Below are positions 18,117 through 28,727 of a stretch of 64,000 nucleotides of DNA, piece after piece; the first letter of the stretch is position 1; each line of letters opens with the position of its first letter. The position numbers and the translations under genes are program-made. The DNA is from a virus, in the IMG/VR virus record IMGVR_UViG_3300027690_000119, positions 1,622-65,621 of that record; one strand, given 5' to 3'. The notes below the pieces were generated by a model. The model had not been told where the DNA came from. It did no database searches and saw only the letters and a program-made list of their open reading frames with translations.

Positions 18117-19451
18117 CTATATCCCTCCCATCGAAATGCCTGACTCGTAAAACCCGGCAGGCACGATCACCCAGTTGGTATTGAGCGCCTCGCCCGTATT
18201 CTGCAAGGCAAGATGTTGCCAGTTGAAATTAGTGGACTGCCCGGATGAATTATCAGCCGGTCCCATGCTCATGTCGTAGGTTTCTTCTTCACCTTGCCGA
18301 TAAGTCTTGAGTAGCCCCACGCGCTCATCTTCCTCGTATTCCAGGAAGTCCGTGGACTTGACAATAATCTCTTCGTTCTTCACCCATACCCGGTATCGGT
18401 TGCCGGTTTCCCCTTCTTCCGGGGGGATTACTTCTTTGACGATCCCTGACGTGTAGAACTCCGACTCTATCCAATGCCCGGAATAGACAAACGGGCTGGT
18501 TTCCTGATGCCACCAACAATGAAGCGGCCATGGCCTACAAAGGATCGCCACAAACTCACCGGGGACGATCTCAGTATTGTCTTCCTTGATCCAGTACCGC
18601 AGCCATTTATGGAGGGGCGGGTCGTCCCCGAACTCCCCGGCATACAGTTCAACGATGGACTTGTCTGTAACAATATACCCCTTGCCCATGAGCTTTTGCC
18701 CTGGGCATTCGCTTTGGACTTTGTCAAACGGGGGCAAGAGTTCGCCGCCAGCCACAACCGACGAGTCAGCGCCTACCGGGTGCATACTTCCAGAGGTTCC
18801 GCTTGACAGGGCGCTCTCGGTCGCCATGGCAATCGCCCACATGACCCCCAACGGTCCAATAGGGAAAGCGATATATCCAACGAACGAAGAACTTGCCTCT
18901 GATGGCCCGGCAGACACATAACATGCGCTATTATCTCCCGGCGTGATCTCAAACCGGGCTTGTTTGATGGTGTATTCCTTATCTCCCGGCAACTCCTGGG
19001 TTACAAGGGAAAGGCTATTCCCACCCGTGGATGTAGTTGGATCTGGCGAAGTAACAGGGGCCTTTAGGGGTTTTGCATCGTCCACCTCACTAAAGAATCC
19101 CTCCAGCTTTTCCATTGTTTCTTCAATGGTCTTCCCGCCGAACTTCAGGACGTTCCCCGCTCCAAATAAATACCAAATGTCATAGGCAATAGGTAAACCA
19201 AGGCCTACCCGAACGGGGATCTTGTCATCCCCAAAATTGAGCGTCCTATCTCCCGGGGCGTAGAGAAGTCGGTCCGACATAATGCTCAAGTCTACCATGT
19301 CAAACAAGGCCTGCATCCTCAACATGATAGTCCCAACGATGTCATACCCAAGGCTCTGCTTTGACCCGAACCGTTCCAGATACGTTATCATCGGGTTTGA
19401 TTCAGAGAAATAATCTTTCAGATATCCGTCGTGCAATAGGTCTTTTGGCAT
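18117..19451 (-). CDS. Virion structural protein with OB-fold-like C-terminal segment
   Basis: 444 aa in the tail cluster; SGIVKEVI...RYRVWVK...YEEDERVGLLK resembles spike/baseplate OB folds. Confidence 0.55.
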   Translation of the reverse strand: MPKDLLHDGYLKDYFSESNPMITYLERFGSKQSLGYDIVGTIMLRMQALFDMVDLSIMSDRLLYAPGDRTLNFGDDKIPVRVGLGLPIAYDIWYLFGAGNVLKFGGKTIEETMEKLEGFFSEVDDAKPLKAPVTSPDPTTSTGGNSLSLVTQELPGDKEYTIKQARFEITPGDNSACYVSAGPSEASSSFVGYIAFPIGPLGVMWAIAMATESALSSGTSGSMHPVGADSSVVAGGELLPPFDKVQSECPGQKLMGKGYIVTDKSIVELYAGEFGDDPPLHKWLRYWIKEDNTEIVPGEFVAILCRPWPLHCWWHQETSPFVYSGHWIESEFYTSGIVKEVIPPEEGETGNRYRVWVKNEEIIVKSTDFLEYEEDERVGLLKTYRQGEEETYDMSMGPADNSSGQSTNFNWQHLALQNTGEALNTNWVIVPAGFYESGISMGGI

Positions 19452-20806
19452 TATCCTACACTGTGGGTCAGGGTGTTTAAAATATCCGCATTTGCAATAG
19501 CTTGAGCTGCGGCTACAGCGGCAACAGCTTTTTGAGATGCAGCCACCCTCCTGGCTTCATTAATTCTTGTTCGGTCAGTCGCTATATCTGCTCGTAGAGA
19601 TTTTTCCTGGTCAAGAAGCTCCTTTTTATTATCCAAGTTCTCTATTTTCTTCCCATGGATCTGATTATCAGCGTCCTTTTGCAGGTTCACGGAATCAACC
19701 TTGAACTGGCCTTCCGCTTCTTCATATTCGATCTCTTTTGCGTTCAATTCTTGCTGAGTGGAAACCTGATCTGTTACCGCAGTCGTTTCGGATTCTACAT
19801 ACCCGGTTTCATCATCTATCAGGTAAGCCTCGCTGATAAGCCGGGAGTTCTCTGCATTCGCGATAAGCAATTCAGATTGTTCAATGGCTAATTCACTGTC
19901 GATTAATCCCAACTTGGCCGTATCCGCTTCGACATTCGCGGTTTCCGCGTCAATCTGATTCCCCCTTGCGCCGGTCTCGACAATATCCAGGTTTGTTTCA
20001 GAAACCCGTATGGCAACTTCTCTGATATCGTGCTGTATCTCCTGACCCCTGACCTCAGACTTTGCAAGGTCAACCGCCGTCATGGAAATATCCAGGTCCA
20101 CCCCGGCCTCTTGAACTTCGGTTTCAGATACCCTTACGCTGATTTCAGCCTCTTCGTTTTCGGCTTCAGTGATCTGTAATTCGGTATTGGTTTTGTCAAG
20201 GGCCACCTGGGTAATGGCAAGCTGGATATTCAGCCCTTCGATTTGGGCATTGATAAGCTCAAGGTCTGCCCGTGCCGATCGTAGTTCCTGCTCGGTAATG
20301 TCCACGTCCACCAAGTCTTGCGCCACTTCCTCAAGGTCGGTTTGGATCTCAAGTTCCTTGATACGTTGTAAAGCCTTGTCCTGGGCAAGTTCAAGCTCCT
20401 GCTGTTTGGTCACAAGGGCTTCCTGGTCCGCTTCGAGGGCTTCTATCTTTGCGTCGTATTCATCGTCAAGGGCGTCAATCTCCGCTTCACGGGTGGCCTT
20501 CCATTCGTTATGGATCTGCTGTTCAATGGACTCGACATAGCGCTTGGCCGCCACGTCCAGAACGAACATGGCCTCTTCATGGGTGATTTGGGCGATGGAT
20601 GCATTGTAGGTGTCCACCAGCCTTTGAAGATCCTCAGCCTCTATTTCCTGAAGGTAACTATGTCCATGGAGATAGGTGTTGGCGTACATCCCGAACAGGA
20701 TGGTTCTCTCCTCTTCATGGACAGTCCCGAACGGCCCGTTAAACTGAAACGGGTTCCAGATAGTGGCTTCCCGTGCTATGGCCCTGTTGTATATTGCGTC
20801 AGTCAT
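19451..20806 (-). CDS. Long coiled-coil virion protein
   Basis: 451 aa, acidic heptad-rich; start/stop coupled to neighbours. Confidence 0.7.
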   Translation of the reverse strand: MTDAIYNRAIAREATIWNPFQFNGPFGTVHEEERTILFGMYANTYLHGHSYLQEIEAEDLQRLVDTYNASIAQITHEEAMFVLDVAAKRYVESIEQQIHNEWKATREAEIDALDDEYDAKIEALEADQEALVTKQQELELAQDKALQRIKELEIQTDLEEVAQDLVDVDITEQELRSARADLELINAQIEGLNIQLAITQVALDKTNTELQITEAENEEAEISVRVSETEVQEAGVDLDISMTAVDLAKSEVRGQEIQHDIREVAIRVSETNLDIVETGARGNQIDAETANVEADTAKLGLIDSELAIEQSELLIANAENSRLISEAYLIDDETGYVESETTAVTDQVSTQQELNAKEIEYEEAEGQFKVDSVNLQKDADNQIHGKKIENLDNKKELLDQEKSLRADIATDRTRINEARRVAASQKAVAAVAAAQAIANADILNTLTHSVG

Positions 20807-20814
20807 GCTTCACC

Positions 20815-22227
20815 CTATGACAGTACATGAACAAGTCTGCTGGTCAACTGTGCCTGTGCCGCCGCCGCCGTAGTCCCTTCGCGTTCTGAAACCTGTGAAG
20901 TAGTGATAGATTGAATAGTTAGAACCTCATCGTCAATCTCAATGTCAGCTACCTCTCCAAGCGTTTCTAATTGAGTCGTCATCGAATGCTCATCGTAACT
21001 AAGTTGAGCGTCTATCATTTCGCTGTTGTTCTCTATCTCTGCTTCAAGGGCCTCTGCCTTCGCTGTGAGATATTCCGTTGCGTTCGTAACCCTGGCCGTA
21101 AGCAGGTCGGATCTCCCGGTCATTCTCGCCACTTCCAGGGCAAGCCTCGCTTCTTTCAGGCTCAAATTGGCTGCTGCATAGTTTGACTTACTCGTCAAGA
21201 TCGTTTGTTTTGCGCTGGCATTTTGGACCGCTACATCTGCAATTTCTTCTTTGACATCCGCAATGGCCTCCTTGACCAACATCCATGCATCAAGTTCGGC
21301 CGCATACGCAATCAAAGCCGTTGACTTGGCGTTTATCTTGGGAATAAGGAGGTTCTTCGCGGTGATCAGGCTTTGCCGTACCGTGTCCAGTCCGGTCAGG
21401 GATGTAACGTACTGGCTCAGGTATGTGGCGTTTAAAAGCTCCTGGTTTACAATCGGTTCCTTGGCTGTGATGAGAGCTTGTTTCTTTTCAACCAATGCCT
21501 CTTTTGCCGCAATCAGCGTCACAATGGCCTCTGCAATCGCCTCCCTTGCCGTGATGAGTTCAAGCCGCTTGTCGTTCAGGCCTTCCTTCTCGGTAATAAG
21601 GGCCTGTTTCCTGTCCGCATTGTTCTCCTCTTCGTCAATGATAAGCTGCTGTTTTTCAAGGACTGCCTCAATGTAGGGGATAACCTCAAGTTTTTTGTTG
21701 GCTGTTACCAGCTTGGCGTTCAGGAGTGCGGTTTCATAAGAGAACGTAGACCGCTCAACATCGAAGAATTGGCGTTTCAGTTCTTCAAGGTCTATTTCAT
21801 ATTGGGCCTTGGCCGCAATGATAACCAATTGCCGCAGATCCGTTTCGATCTTGAGGCGGTTTAGGGCCTCCTTATCCATCTCACGCAATAGCTTGTTGTC
21901 GGCAAACTCCCGTTTCAGTTCGGTAAGGGTTTGGGCTTTTTCAAGCTGCCATGCGATCATGGCCTCTTTCACGGCAATGTCATAGTCAAATCCCGTTTGG
22001 GCAAGCTCTCTCTCAATCATCTGCTGGACAATGGCGAAATTGGCCTCACTCAGCTTGAACTTGGCTTCCCGTTCAATGGCCGTGGCCGCGTCTGCCAGGA
22101 AACCCGGTCGGTAGAGAAACCCCTGACCGGCGACTTGGTTTTCTGCCTGCTTATGTGCAGAGAGATACCCGTCCATGATGGGGCGCTTCTTGATTCTCCA
22201 TAGGGCGTTTTCAGCGGTTTGGGTCAT
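20815..22227 (-). CDS. Long coiled-coil virion protein
   Basis: 470 aa, A/E/K/L/I-rich heptads. Confidence 0.7.
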   Translation of the reverse strand: MTQTAENALWRIKKRPIMDGYLSAHKQAENQVAGQGFLYRPGFLADAATAIEREAKFKLSEANFAIVQQMIERELAQTGFDYDIAVKEAMIAWQLEKAQTLTELKREFADNKLLREMDKEALNRLKIETDLRQLVIIAAKAQYEIDLEELKRQFFDVERSTFSYETALLNAKLVTANKKLEVIPYIEAVLEKQQLIIDEEENNADRKQALITEKEGLNDKRLELITAREAIAEAIVTLIAAKEALVEKKQALITAKEPIVNQELLNATYLSQYVTSLTGLDTVRQSLITAKNLLIPKINAKSTALIAYAAELDAWMLVKEAIADVKEEIADVAVQNASAKQTILTSKSNYAAANLSLKEARLALEVARMTGRSDLLTARVTNATEYLTAKAEALEAEIENNSEMIDAQLSYDEHSMTTQLETLGEVADIEIDDEVLTIQSITTSQVSEREGTTAAAAQAQLTSRLVHVLS

Positions 22228-22235
22228 AATGGCCT

Positions 22236-23849
22236 TTAATTATAAACGGTTACATTAAAATGACGGACGCTTGGATCTTCCAAGGGTCCAGAGGGTGTTG
22301 CTTTTGCAGCAGCAAATAAATCTTCAATGGCTGATGTAAAAGATTCATTTTCCGACATAGTCATAGGACTTGTATCCATGGCATCACGATCCGGGAAAAA
22401 CTCGACAGCAGCTATAATATCCTCATAAACCTCTGAATACGCCGCAGAATAATATTCTTCCCCGCCAGGATACAATTCCATGTCTTCAGGTGGAACATTT
22501 AACGTATAGGATAGTATTGGGGCTGAATAGTAATAAGTTTGAAACATGACCCTTGGAGTTCGCTTCACAAGAACCGGATTCTTTGGGTATATCAATCCAG
22601 GTTCCCCACCCCATTCAGCTAATTCACCAATTCCATAATAAGTGATATCCGAAAACGAACAGGCATTATTGGTAGGTGTCATTCCATCCCATTCGCGCGT
22701 TGATTCCATGCTCAAAGGAATCGAGGCAAGAGACCCCAATGGAGTATCAAAAGACACCGAACCACTTCTCGAATTGCTTTCATATTTTGCGCCAGAGCCA
22801 GACAATACATAACTAAAATCAGGTAGATATGTTTTAACTCTATAGCAGTACTCGTAAGCATCCTCGGTATTTGTGAACTGAGACCACTGCCTAACGACAT
22901 AAAGTATGCTTTCTGGATTGCCTATTTCTCTCAATAAAGCACTTACAAATGGACCCGTAACCCAAACCCCGGCAGATATATCTTCATCATTCTTATTGGG
23001 TTGATTCAATGCCCCATACGCTCTTGATGTAGCCGTGATGGACTGGATTTCGTCCTCCCACCAATGCACACCTTCACCGCTGCCTCTCGATCCTGAACAC
23101 GACGAAGTCCTGTTGGCGCTGACAGTATTTTGATACCCCAACTCTCCAAATTCACTTCTTCCATCGATTTCGCCGGACCCACTGCAACCAGTAGAATCGG
23201 ATATCTCATTAACTCCAGGAGGCAAACTACAATTCGCCAAACACTCGACTGGAGGCAGTAAGTCAGGCTGAGGCTCCTCTGAATCACAGGTATAAACTTC
23301 AGCCGCGTTATATAAAGTAACTTCAGGCAGGCCGACCCTGGATTCTTCTGGAACACTCTCATCCCATGGCCTGCTCATTAACCACAGATACAGAACGTCA
23401 TCGGGAGTTAAGCCTGTTAAATCTGCTTTCCGTGGGAATAATATAGGTTCGTCGTCCCATTCGATACTTGCAACACATTCATTGGCAACATCCCAAACCG
23501 TGTACCAGGTTCCGTTATTGGCGATAGCACAAAGAAGCAGGTAACATGACAAGCATTGTTTTATCCCATCCACAAACCCCACAACCCGCACCGGCGCACC
23601 ATCCGAGTCACACATCACAATCACTTCATCGTCTACGGCAAACGCCGAAGCAGCCCCGTAAATAGCGCCATTGGACCTTAGTTCGCTGTCCGGTTCGCAA
23701 TGGTAATAGAGAGGAACATCCGTGCCATTCTGGTAGCCCTCAACTGTCACGTCTGCAAGGTCGTTGGTTGAATCAACAGCGGTAATGATGCCCTTTGCAA
23801 AGATGTGATTAACGGCATCCCCGAAGTTGTCATGTTGGTATTTTGGCAT
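22236..23849 (-). CDS. Putative receptor-binding/tail protein
   Basis: 537 aa; OB-like N-terminus (KGIITAVDSTNDLADVTV...AFAVDDEVIV); AT-richer, Cys/Tyr-rich C-terminal part. Confidence 0.55.
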   Translation of the reverse strand: MPKYQHDNFGDAVNHIFAKGIITAVDSTNDLADVTVEGYQNGTDVPLYYHCEPDSELRSNGAIYGAASAFAVDDEVIVMCDSDGAPVRVVGFVDGIKQCLSCYLLLCAIANNGTWYTVWDVANECVASIEWDDEPILFPRKADLTGLTPDDVLYLWLMSRPWDESVPEESRVGLPEVTLYNAAEVYTCDSEEPQPDLLPPVECLANCSLPPGVNEISDSTGCSGSGEIDGRSEFGELGYQNTVSANRTSSCSGSRGSGEGVHWWEDEIQSITATSRAYGALNQPNKNDEDISAGVWVTGPFVSALLREIGNPESILYVVRQWSQFTNTEDAYEYCYRVKTYLPDFSYVLSGSGAKYESNSRSGSVSFDTPLGSLASIPLSMESTREWDGMTPTNNACSFSDITYYGIGELAEWGGEPGLIYPKNPVLVKRTPRVMFQTYYYSAPILSYTLNVPPEDMELYPGGEEYYSAAYSEVYEDIIAAVEFFPDRDAMDTSPMTMSENESFTSAIEDLFAAAKATPSGPLEDPSVRHFNVTVYN

Positions 23850-23852
23850 GAT

Positions 23853-25556
23853 CTATCTCGTCAAAATAATCGGCGCCAGTTCGATGAAGTCCAAGCTCTC
23901 AAACCCTTGCAGCTTCAACGTCCACGTCCGTCCATATAGGTTGCGCCCGATAGTCGCCTTCGAGTCGGTGATGGTATAGGTTGCGCTCCCGGACTCGGTT
24001 TCAAGGCGAATGGCCGGCGTCGTCCCCCCGCTCAAACCGAAATATGCCTTGCGAAATCTCTTTTTCCTCTGGGTCCCGAAATACGTCTCGGGCAGCACAA
24101 TGCCCGGCGTAATCGCTCTCCCCGCGTCAGTGGCCCCGGTCAGTACATAGATTCCTTTCGATTTGCACCCGAAAGCCTCATTTTGAAAAACCGCATAGGA
24201 ATTGAAATCGAACCCGCTGTAAACGGACGGAGCAAACTGATTCCCGTTCAACACCCAGCACTCCCAAAGCTCATCACCCAGGAGGATCGTAATGCCGGCC
24301 GTCAGGGTTTCTTCAACCGACAGATTGAGCCGCTGCTGAACCGTCAGGCTGGCAATGATCTCCAGGGCGTCGGACAGGGTTTCGTTGATCCGGAGGCTTC
24401 GAAGAACCGTCTCTGTAATTTGCAGATTTTCGGTCAGGGCCAGGATCGCACGGAAGGCCAAGGTGGCTGTGTCAGAGGCCTTCAGGGACTCGGCCACATC
24501 CTCGTTCCACTGCCAGCCCAATGCGTCCGCTGCCACGGCCTCCTCTTCCGCCGTGCAATACAGGGTCCTTATGACCGTGACCGCAGCAACCACCCCCAGG
24601 GCCTCGGCAATAACCCGATTGAACGTCATGGCCGGGGTAACAACCCCTGAGATCCCCAGGGATTCAGCTACACTGGTTATCATCCGATGCACAAATGACG
24701 TTGTGTCCGTGATAGTGAGGGATTCCGCGGCCGTCTCATTGAACACCTGACAGATGCAAACGCTTCCAAAGGCGCGGAGCATGTCGGTGACGGTCACCGT
24801 GCCGGACCAGAGGCTTGACACGCTTTCCGATGCTTGGAGGTATTCGTTGATCTCCCAGCCCATCTCTGCGGCAATGGCTTCACAGACGTTCAGGGTCTCC
24901 TCAACCGTCAGTATCCATTGCAGGCCGATCTTTTCATAGATGCGGGCGGATTCATTGGCGGACAGGGGAGGAACCAAAAGTACCACATCCGATATGGAGA
25001 AGCTGCCGCTTGCCCGAAAAGGCTCGACAAAAATCTGGATCTGAGGCGTAGCTTGAGCAGCAGCCTCTGCCTTGAACGGTGGACATGATAGCTTATGCTG
25101 AAGGTCCGGTCCCGACATGGAGGCCGTCGCGACAAAAGGCGGACAATCGATAATGATCCCTGCATGAATCCCGGAGCAGTGGAGCGAGGCCTTGGCTGTC
25201 AATGCCTGCGATGGAACCTCGATCTGCGGCGTAGCCTGAAGAGATCCCTCCGCTCGAAACGGCGGGCAGTTGACAACAACCCCTACGAAAATACCGGAGC
25301 AGCTCAGCGACGCGGCCGCGGCCATCGGCTGCAAGGGAATTTGGAGCTGCGGCGTGCCATGGAGCGAGGCGACCGCGGAGAAGGGAGGGCAGGAGAGCTG
25401 TCCCGGAACACTGGCATCCTGCAATGTAATGCTGGGTTCGCCCGGGACGCTTAGGGGGAGCGGACCGACAACAGACCCTGCCGAACCGGCGTTCGCGTCA
25501 GGCGCTGAAATCGCCGGAAAACCCGGGATCTCAAGTTGTTTGATGATGTCGGCCAT
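23853..25556 (-). CDS. Tail structural protein with CPPF repeats
   Basis: 567 aa; four CPPF-containing units, then E(S/T)L-x repeats. Confidence 0.65.
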   Translation of the reverse strand: MADIIKQLEIPGFPAISAPDANAGSAGSVVGPLPLSVPGEPSITLQDASVPGQLSCPPFSAVASLHGTPQLQIPLQPMAAAASLSCSGIFVGVVVNCPPFRAEGSLQATPQIEVPSQALTAKASLHCSGIHAGIIIDCPPFVATASMSGPDLQHKLSCPPFKAEAAAQATPQIQIFVEPFRASGSFSISDVVLLVPPLSANESARIYEKIGLQWILTVEETLNVCEAIAAEMGWEINEYLQASESVSSLWSGTVTVTDMLRAFGSVCICQVFNETAAESLTITDTTSFVHRMITSVAESLGISGVVTPAMTFNRVIAEALGVVAAVTVIRTLYCTAEEEAVAADALGWQWNEDVAESLKASDTATLAFRAILALTENLQITETVLRSLRINETLSDALEIIASLTVQQRLNLSVEETLTAGITILLGDELWECWVLNGNQFAPSVYSGFDFNSYAVFQNEAFGCKSKGIYVLTGATDAGRAITPGIVLPETYFGTQRKKRFRKAYFGLSGGTTPAIRLETESGSATYTITDSKATIGRNLYGRTWTLKLQGFESLDFIELAPIILTR

Positions 25557-26216
25557 TTAATCGATATCTGAAAAATCCATGGAGATTTCATACTGCACCT
25601 CAAGCGCCGAGAGGTGCTGCACGGCCACGGGCGTTCCAAGAACGTCACGCGCCACCAGAAAAGATAGAGGGGTCGATGAGCCAACTAAATGCCCATACCA
25701 ATACAGGCCCACCTCTTTTACGGTGATCTCGGCCCCGCTGTTGTTATTGAATTGCCTCGCGTGGGTGGCAGTCCACGTCTTGGTTCCTCCGTTGTAGCTC
25801 ATGACCGGCACAGCTTGCGCTTGGTAGGCCATCTGCCCGCTGCTCGTTCCGGTTGGGATCAATGCATCCAGACTGTGTTGCTCGGTGGAAAATGCCGCAT
25901 CCCCGGTTCCGATAACGATACCGTTGGTAGAGACCCCCGAACCGGACGTCATGCCATTCGAAGTTGGGCAATAGTGAGACCCTCGATTCGAGGTATAGGC
26001 GCCGGCATAAGTCGCTCCACTTATTTGCCGAGATGTCAGATACCCGGCGCCCCAATCGGAAGTTGTACCGGAGGGCATTGCGTCCGACATTGCGGAGAAC
26101 AGCAGATGCCAGGCATTTCGGGTCCAACTGTGCCCCTTCTCCCGGTATTGGGCAATTACCTTTCCGCGCCGATCTACCAGCTTAATGCCGATAAAAAGAT
26201 CCGGTAACTTGATCAT
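25557..26216 (-). CDS. Minor tail protein
   Basis: 219 aa; HARQFNNNSGAEITVKEVGLY...LVARDVL...YEI pattern of phage minor tail proteins. Confidence 0.65.
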   Translation of the reverse strand: MIKLPDLFIGIKLVDRRGKVIAQYREKGHSWTRNAWHLLFSAMSDAMPSGTTSDWGAGYLTSRQISGATYAGAYTSNRGSHYCPTSNGMTSGSGVSTNGIVIGTGDAAFSTEQHSLDALIPTGTSSGQMAYQAQAVPVMSYNGGTKTWTATHARQFNNNSGAEITVKEVGLYWYGHLVGSSTPLSFLVARDVLGTPVAVQHLSALEVQYEISMDFSDID

Positions 26217-26239
26217 GGTTTTACTCCTTCATGCCTCAA

Positions 26240-26689
26240 TTACGCCGCGGCGTGCCCCAACTGAAACGCCACATTCTGGAATTGCAGGCCGCTCCCTGCC
26301 GCAATCGTGTAGTCCGCGCCGTAGTCGATGCAACCGATTATGGTTTTATCTGCCGTGGTGTCGTCGTACACAAGGATTGATCCCGTCGGCCCAATACTCC
26401 CGCCGTCTGCGGTCCAGGTGGGATTTACGAACGCCACGTCGAGCCGATCGTCGGTGTCGTTTTCCGTCACAGAGTCAACGTCGATCTCCTGCCCGCCCGT
26501 GGTGTATCCATTGCCGTTGGCGACCTCCTTGGACAGGGCATCGACAACAGCCTTCGTGGCGTGGGCGTCCTTGTCGAAAACGAATGTATCGTCCATGAGC
26601 ATCGCCATGAACGTATCGTTCTCGAAGTCGATTTTTTTCGTTCCAAGCATGTAAAAGAAATGATTGGATAGCGTTGCTACAATGGCCAT
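26240..26689 (-). CDS. Minor tail/structural protein
   Basis: 149 aa; GYTTGGQ...NPTWTA...CIDYGAD motif common in phage tail regions. Confidence 0.7.
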   Translation of the reverse strand: MAIVATLSNHFFYMLGTKKIDFENDTFMAMLMDDTFVFDKDAHATKAVVDALSKEVANGNGYTTGGQEIDVDSVTENDTDDRLDVAFVNPTWTADGGSIGPTGSILVYDDTTADKTIIGCIDYGADYTIAAGSGLQFQNVAFQLGHAAA

Positions 26690-26740
26690 AACTGATCTCC
26701 TTGTCGATTCAGGACGCCTGTCGGGCGTCCCGGTTATGGT

Positions 26741-27346
26741 TTATGTGTTGGCAATGGTGATCTGGTAGATCACGGCCACGTTATCGCCGGCCTCTACGGG
26801 CTTTGGGGACGTGAACTTCTTGGCCGCCATGAGCTTGCCGGCCGTATCGGTCGGATCGCTGGACGTGCCCAGAAATGCCCCGTACGCGGTCAGAGACGCT
26901 TCAAGGGTAAACTCCGCTTTGTTGGCTGCGTTGGTGATGACCCCACTGGCGGCCGCGGCGGTGTTGTAGCTGGGATAGGTGTTCTCTACGAAAGAAGCGG
27001 CCTGGATAGCTCCGTATGTCCCTGCTGCGCCCAGGCAAGCCGCCGCCGTATTGGATGTGGCCGGGGTCACGTTGTTGGCAAACAGGCCCACGCACCAGAT
27101 CTTACTGGCCGCCTTGGACGTGGCCCCGAAAACAATGTTCTCCAGGTAGTCCAGGCCTTCGTAGGTGAAGGTATTGGGGGGCTCCCAATAGCCGCCGCTG
27201 ATGAGGTTCCCTTTTCGGTACACGTCGCACCGCCACTGACCGATCACCCGGATATGGCTTTCAAGGGCGTGTTTGGCCGCGTATCGAACGTCCGCGTTGT
27301 CTCTCAGCGGGTCGAAAAAACTGTTAGGGATCACTATGTTGTTCAT
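26741..27346 (-). CDS. Virion structural protein
   Basis: Start MNNIVIP with AAGGAG RBS; PNTFTYEGLDYL...AYGAFL...KLMAAKKF motif. Confidence 0.7.
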   Translation of the reverse strand: MNNIVIPNSFFDPLRDNADVRYAAKHALESHIRVIGQWRCDVYRKGNLISGGYWEPPNTFTYEGLDYLENIVFGATSKAASKIWCVGLFANNVTPATSNTAAACLGAAGTYGAIQAASFVENTYPSYNTAAAASGVITNAANKAEFTLEASLTAYGAFLGTSSDPTDTAGKLMAAKKFTSPKPVEAGDNVAVIYQITIANT

Positions 27347-27379
27347 GATCAGTCTCCTTTGATGGGTGATCCCGGACAC

Positions 27380-27460
27380 AAAAAAAGGCCGGGATGGAGG
27401 ATGTGGCCTCCATACCGGCCTTTTTTTCCTTACACGCTCAGGGGATCAGCCCGGCGTGCG
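27380..27460 (-). promoter_or_regulatory. Late-operon leader motif, copy B (before tail operon)
   Basis: CACGC/GCGUG hairpin with CUGAUC loop, A-tract, GGCCG-GU-AUGGAG-GCCACAUC-CUCCAU-CC-CGGCC, U7. Confidence 0.75.
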
Positions 27461-27479
27461 CCCAAGGTATTGGTTGGTG

Positions 27480-28727
27480 TTAAATCACCTTTCCGTTCCT
27501 CATCACTTCAATCGTGGCCTCATCGCTGATTCCCACTGAATCATTGTCAGGCCCCGAGTAAAAACTGGTCAAAACCTGAAAGTCCCCGTCCCGCTGTCGG
27601 TAGAGTGCAGCCCCTTCACTGCCGGGCGCGAACTTCACCTTCCCCTGCGACAGGTTGAATATCCTGCCCGCCGGATTCCCGGCCACGAATCCCTCCTGGC
27701 TCACCCACACGGGCACGCTCACGTGCTTTTTCTCGGGCGGGGATATCGTATCTCCCAGCTCGATAATGTTGTTGGCATATACGAGGGTTCCGGGAATGGC
27801 CCCACTGCCCACGTCCAACTGCCGCATCTGTGAGGGTTCCGTGCCCAACAGGCAATAGGTGCGATCATCGCACCCGATAAAGAGTCCGGTTCGCATCCGG
27901 GCGATCATCGTTCCGGGTGTGGCGAACTCAAAACGGTTGGTTCCCAATTTGAACCAATCCAAATGAAACGGCTCCGAGTAATAGAGGATGTTGTCTCGCA
28001 TCCCCCACATGCGCCCGAACGCATGACAGAGATAATCCATATATGGGGGTTGGTTCACAAACAGGGTGGGCAAAGGCTCCACGGTCGGGACATGGGTAAT
28101 GGCGTCCACGTCGCCGATGCGATAGAAGATGTGGTCGTTCGGGTCCGTACACCAGACCATGGTATTCGCCGACCGGTTGGTTACGCTGATCCCGCCCGAG
28201 CTTGTCAGTTCGATGCCGGCAATGGGTGAACTTCCGCTCAGGTTGGGGGTGTTGTCATAGGAGGTAAGGCAGACATAATAGACGCCAGGCTCCAGGCCCC
28301 CGGTCGTGGCCGTCAGAACCGGGCCGTTGGGTATGGGAAGGCCCCAATCGCCGAGGGAATTGGTGGCCGGGTTGAATATGCGGTTGGCGTATCGGTTGCT
28401 GATGTAGACCAGGTGGCCCACTTCAGCGTACCAGGTGCGGGCCTTGATCCCGCCGATGTCGCCTATGGTCATAGCGGTGCGGCCAAGAACGCGCTTCAGC
28501 GTCGTTCCGTCCATGACCAGGTGACAGGTGGCCCCGGCCCATTCCGAATGTCCATCCTCCAAATCAATGATCTTGGTGTATCCGTCCCGGCACTCGATCC
28601 TTCCCTTGGCCGTCACATCCGCATTCAGCACGATCCTGGGCTCCACAACGCCCCGGTCCACAAACAGCCCTTCCGTGGACTTGACGTTGTTCATCCCGGT
28701 AAAGCGATCCATCCGAATAGGCTTCAT
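27480..28727 (-). CDS. Tail tubular/DNA-stabilisation (nozzle-like) protein
   Basis: 415 aa; beta-propeller-like; FTGMNN start, GRMWG, LYYSEPF motifs; position after adaptor. Confidence 0.7.
   Translation of the reverse strand: MKPIRMDRFTGMNNVKSTEGLFVDRGVVEPRIVLNADVTAKGRIECRDGYTKIIDLEDGHSEWAGATCHLVMDGTTLKRVLGRTAMTIGDIGGIKARTWYAEVGHLVYISNRYANRIFNPATNSLGDWGLPIPNGPVLTATTGGLEPGVYYVCLTSYDNTPNLSGSSPIAGIELTSSGGISVTNRSANTMVWCTDPNDHIFYRIGDVDAITHVPTVEPLPTLFVNQPPYMDYLCHAFGRMWGMRDNILYYSEPFHLDWFKLGTNRFEFATPGTMIARMRTGLFIGCDDRTYCLLGTEPSQMRQLDVGSGAIPGTLVYANNIIELGDTISPPEKKHVSVPVWVSQEGFVAGNPAGRIFNLSQGKVKFAPGSEGAALYRQRDGDFQVLTSFYSGPDNDSVGISDEATIEVMRNGKVI

Noticed and set aside
18117-25556. Diversity-generating retroelement acting on tail genes
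   Set aside because: No reverse transcriptase and no TR/VR pair differing at adenines was seen in the window.
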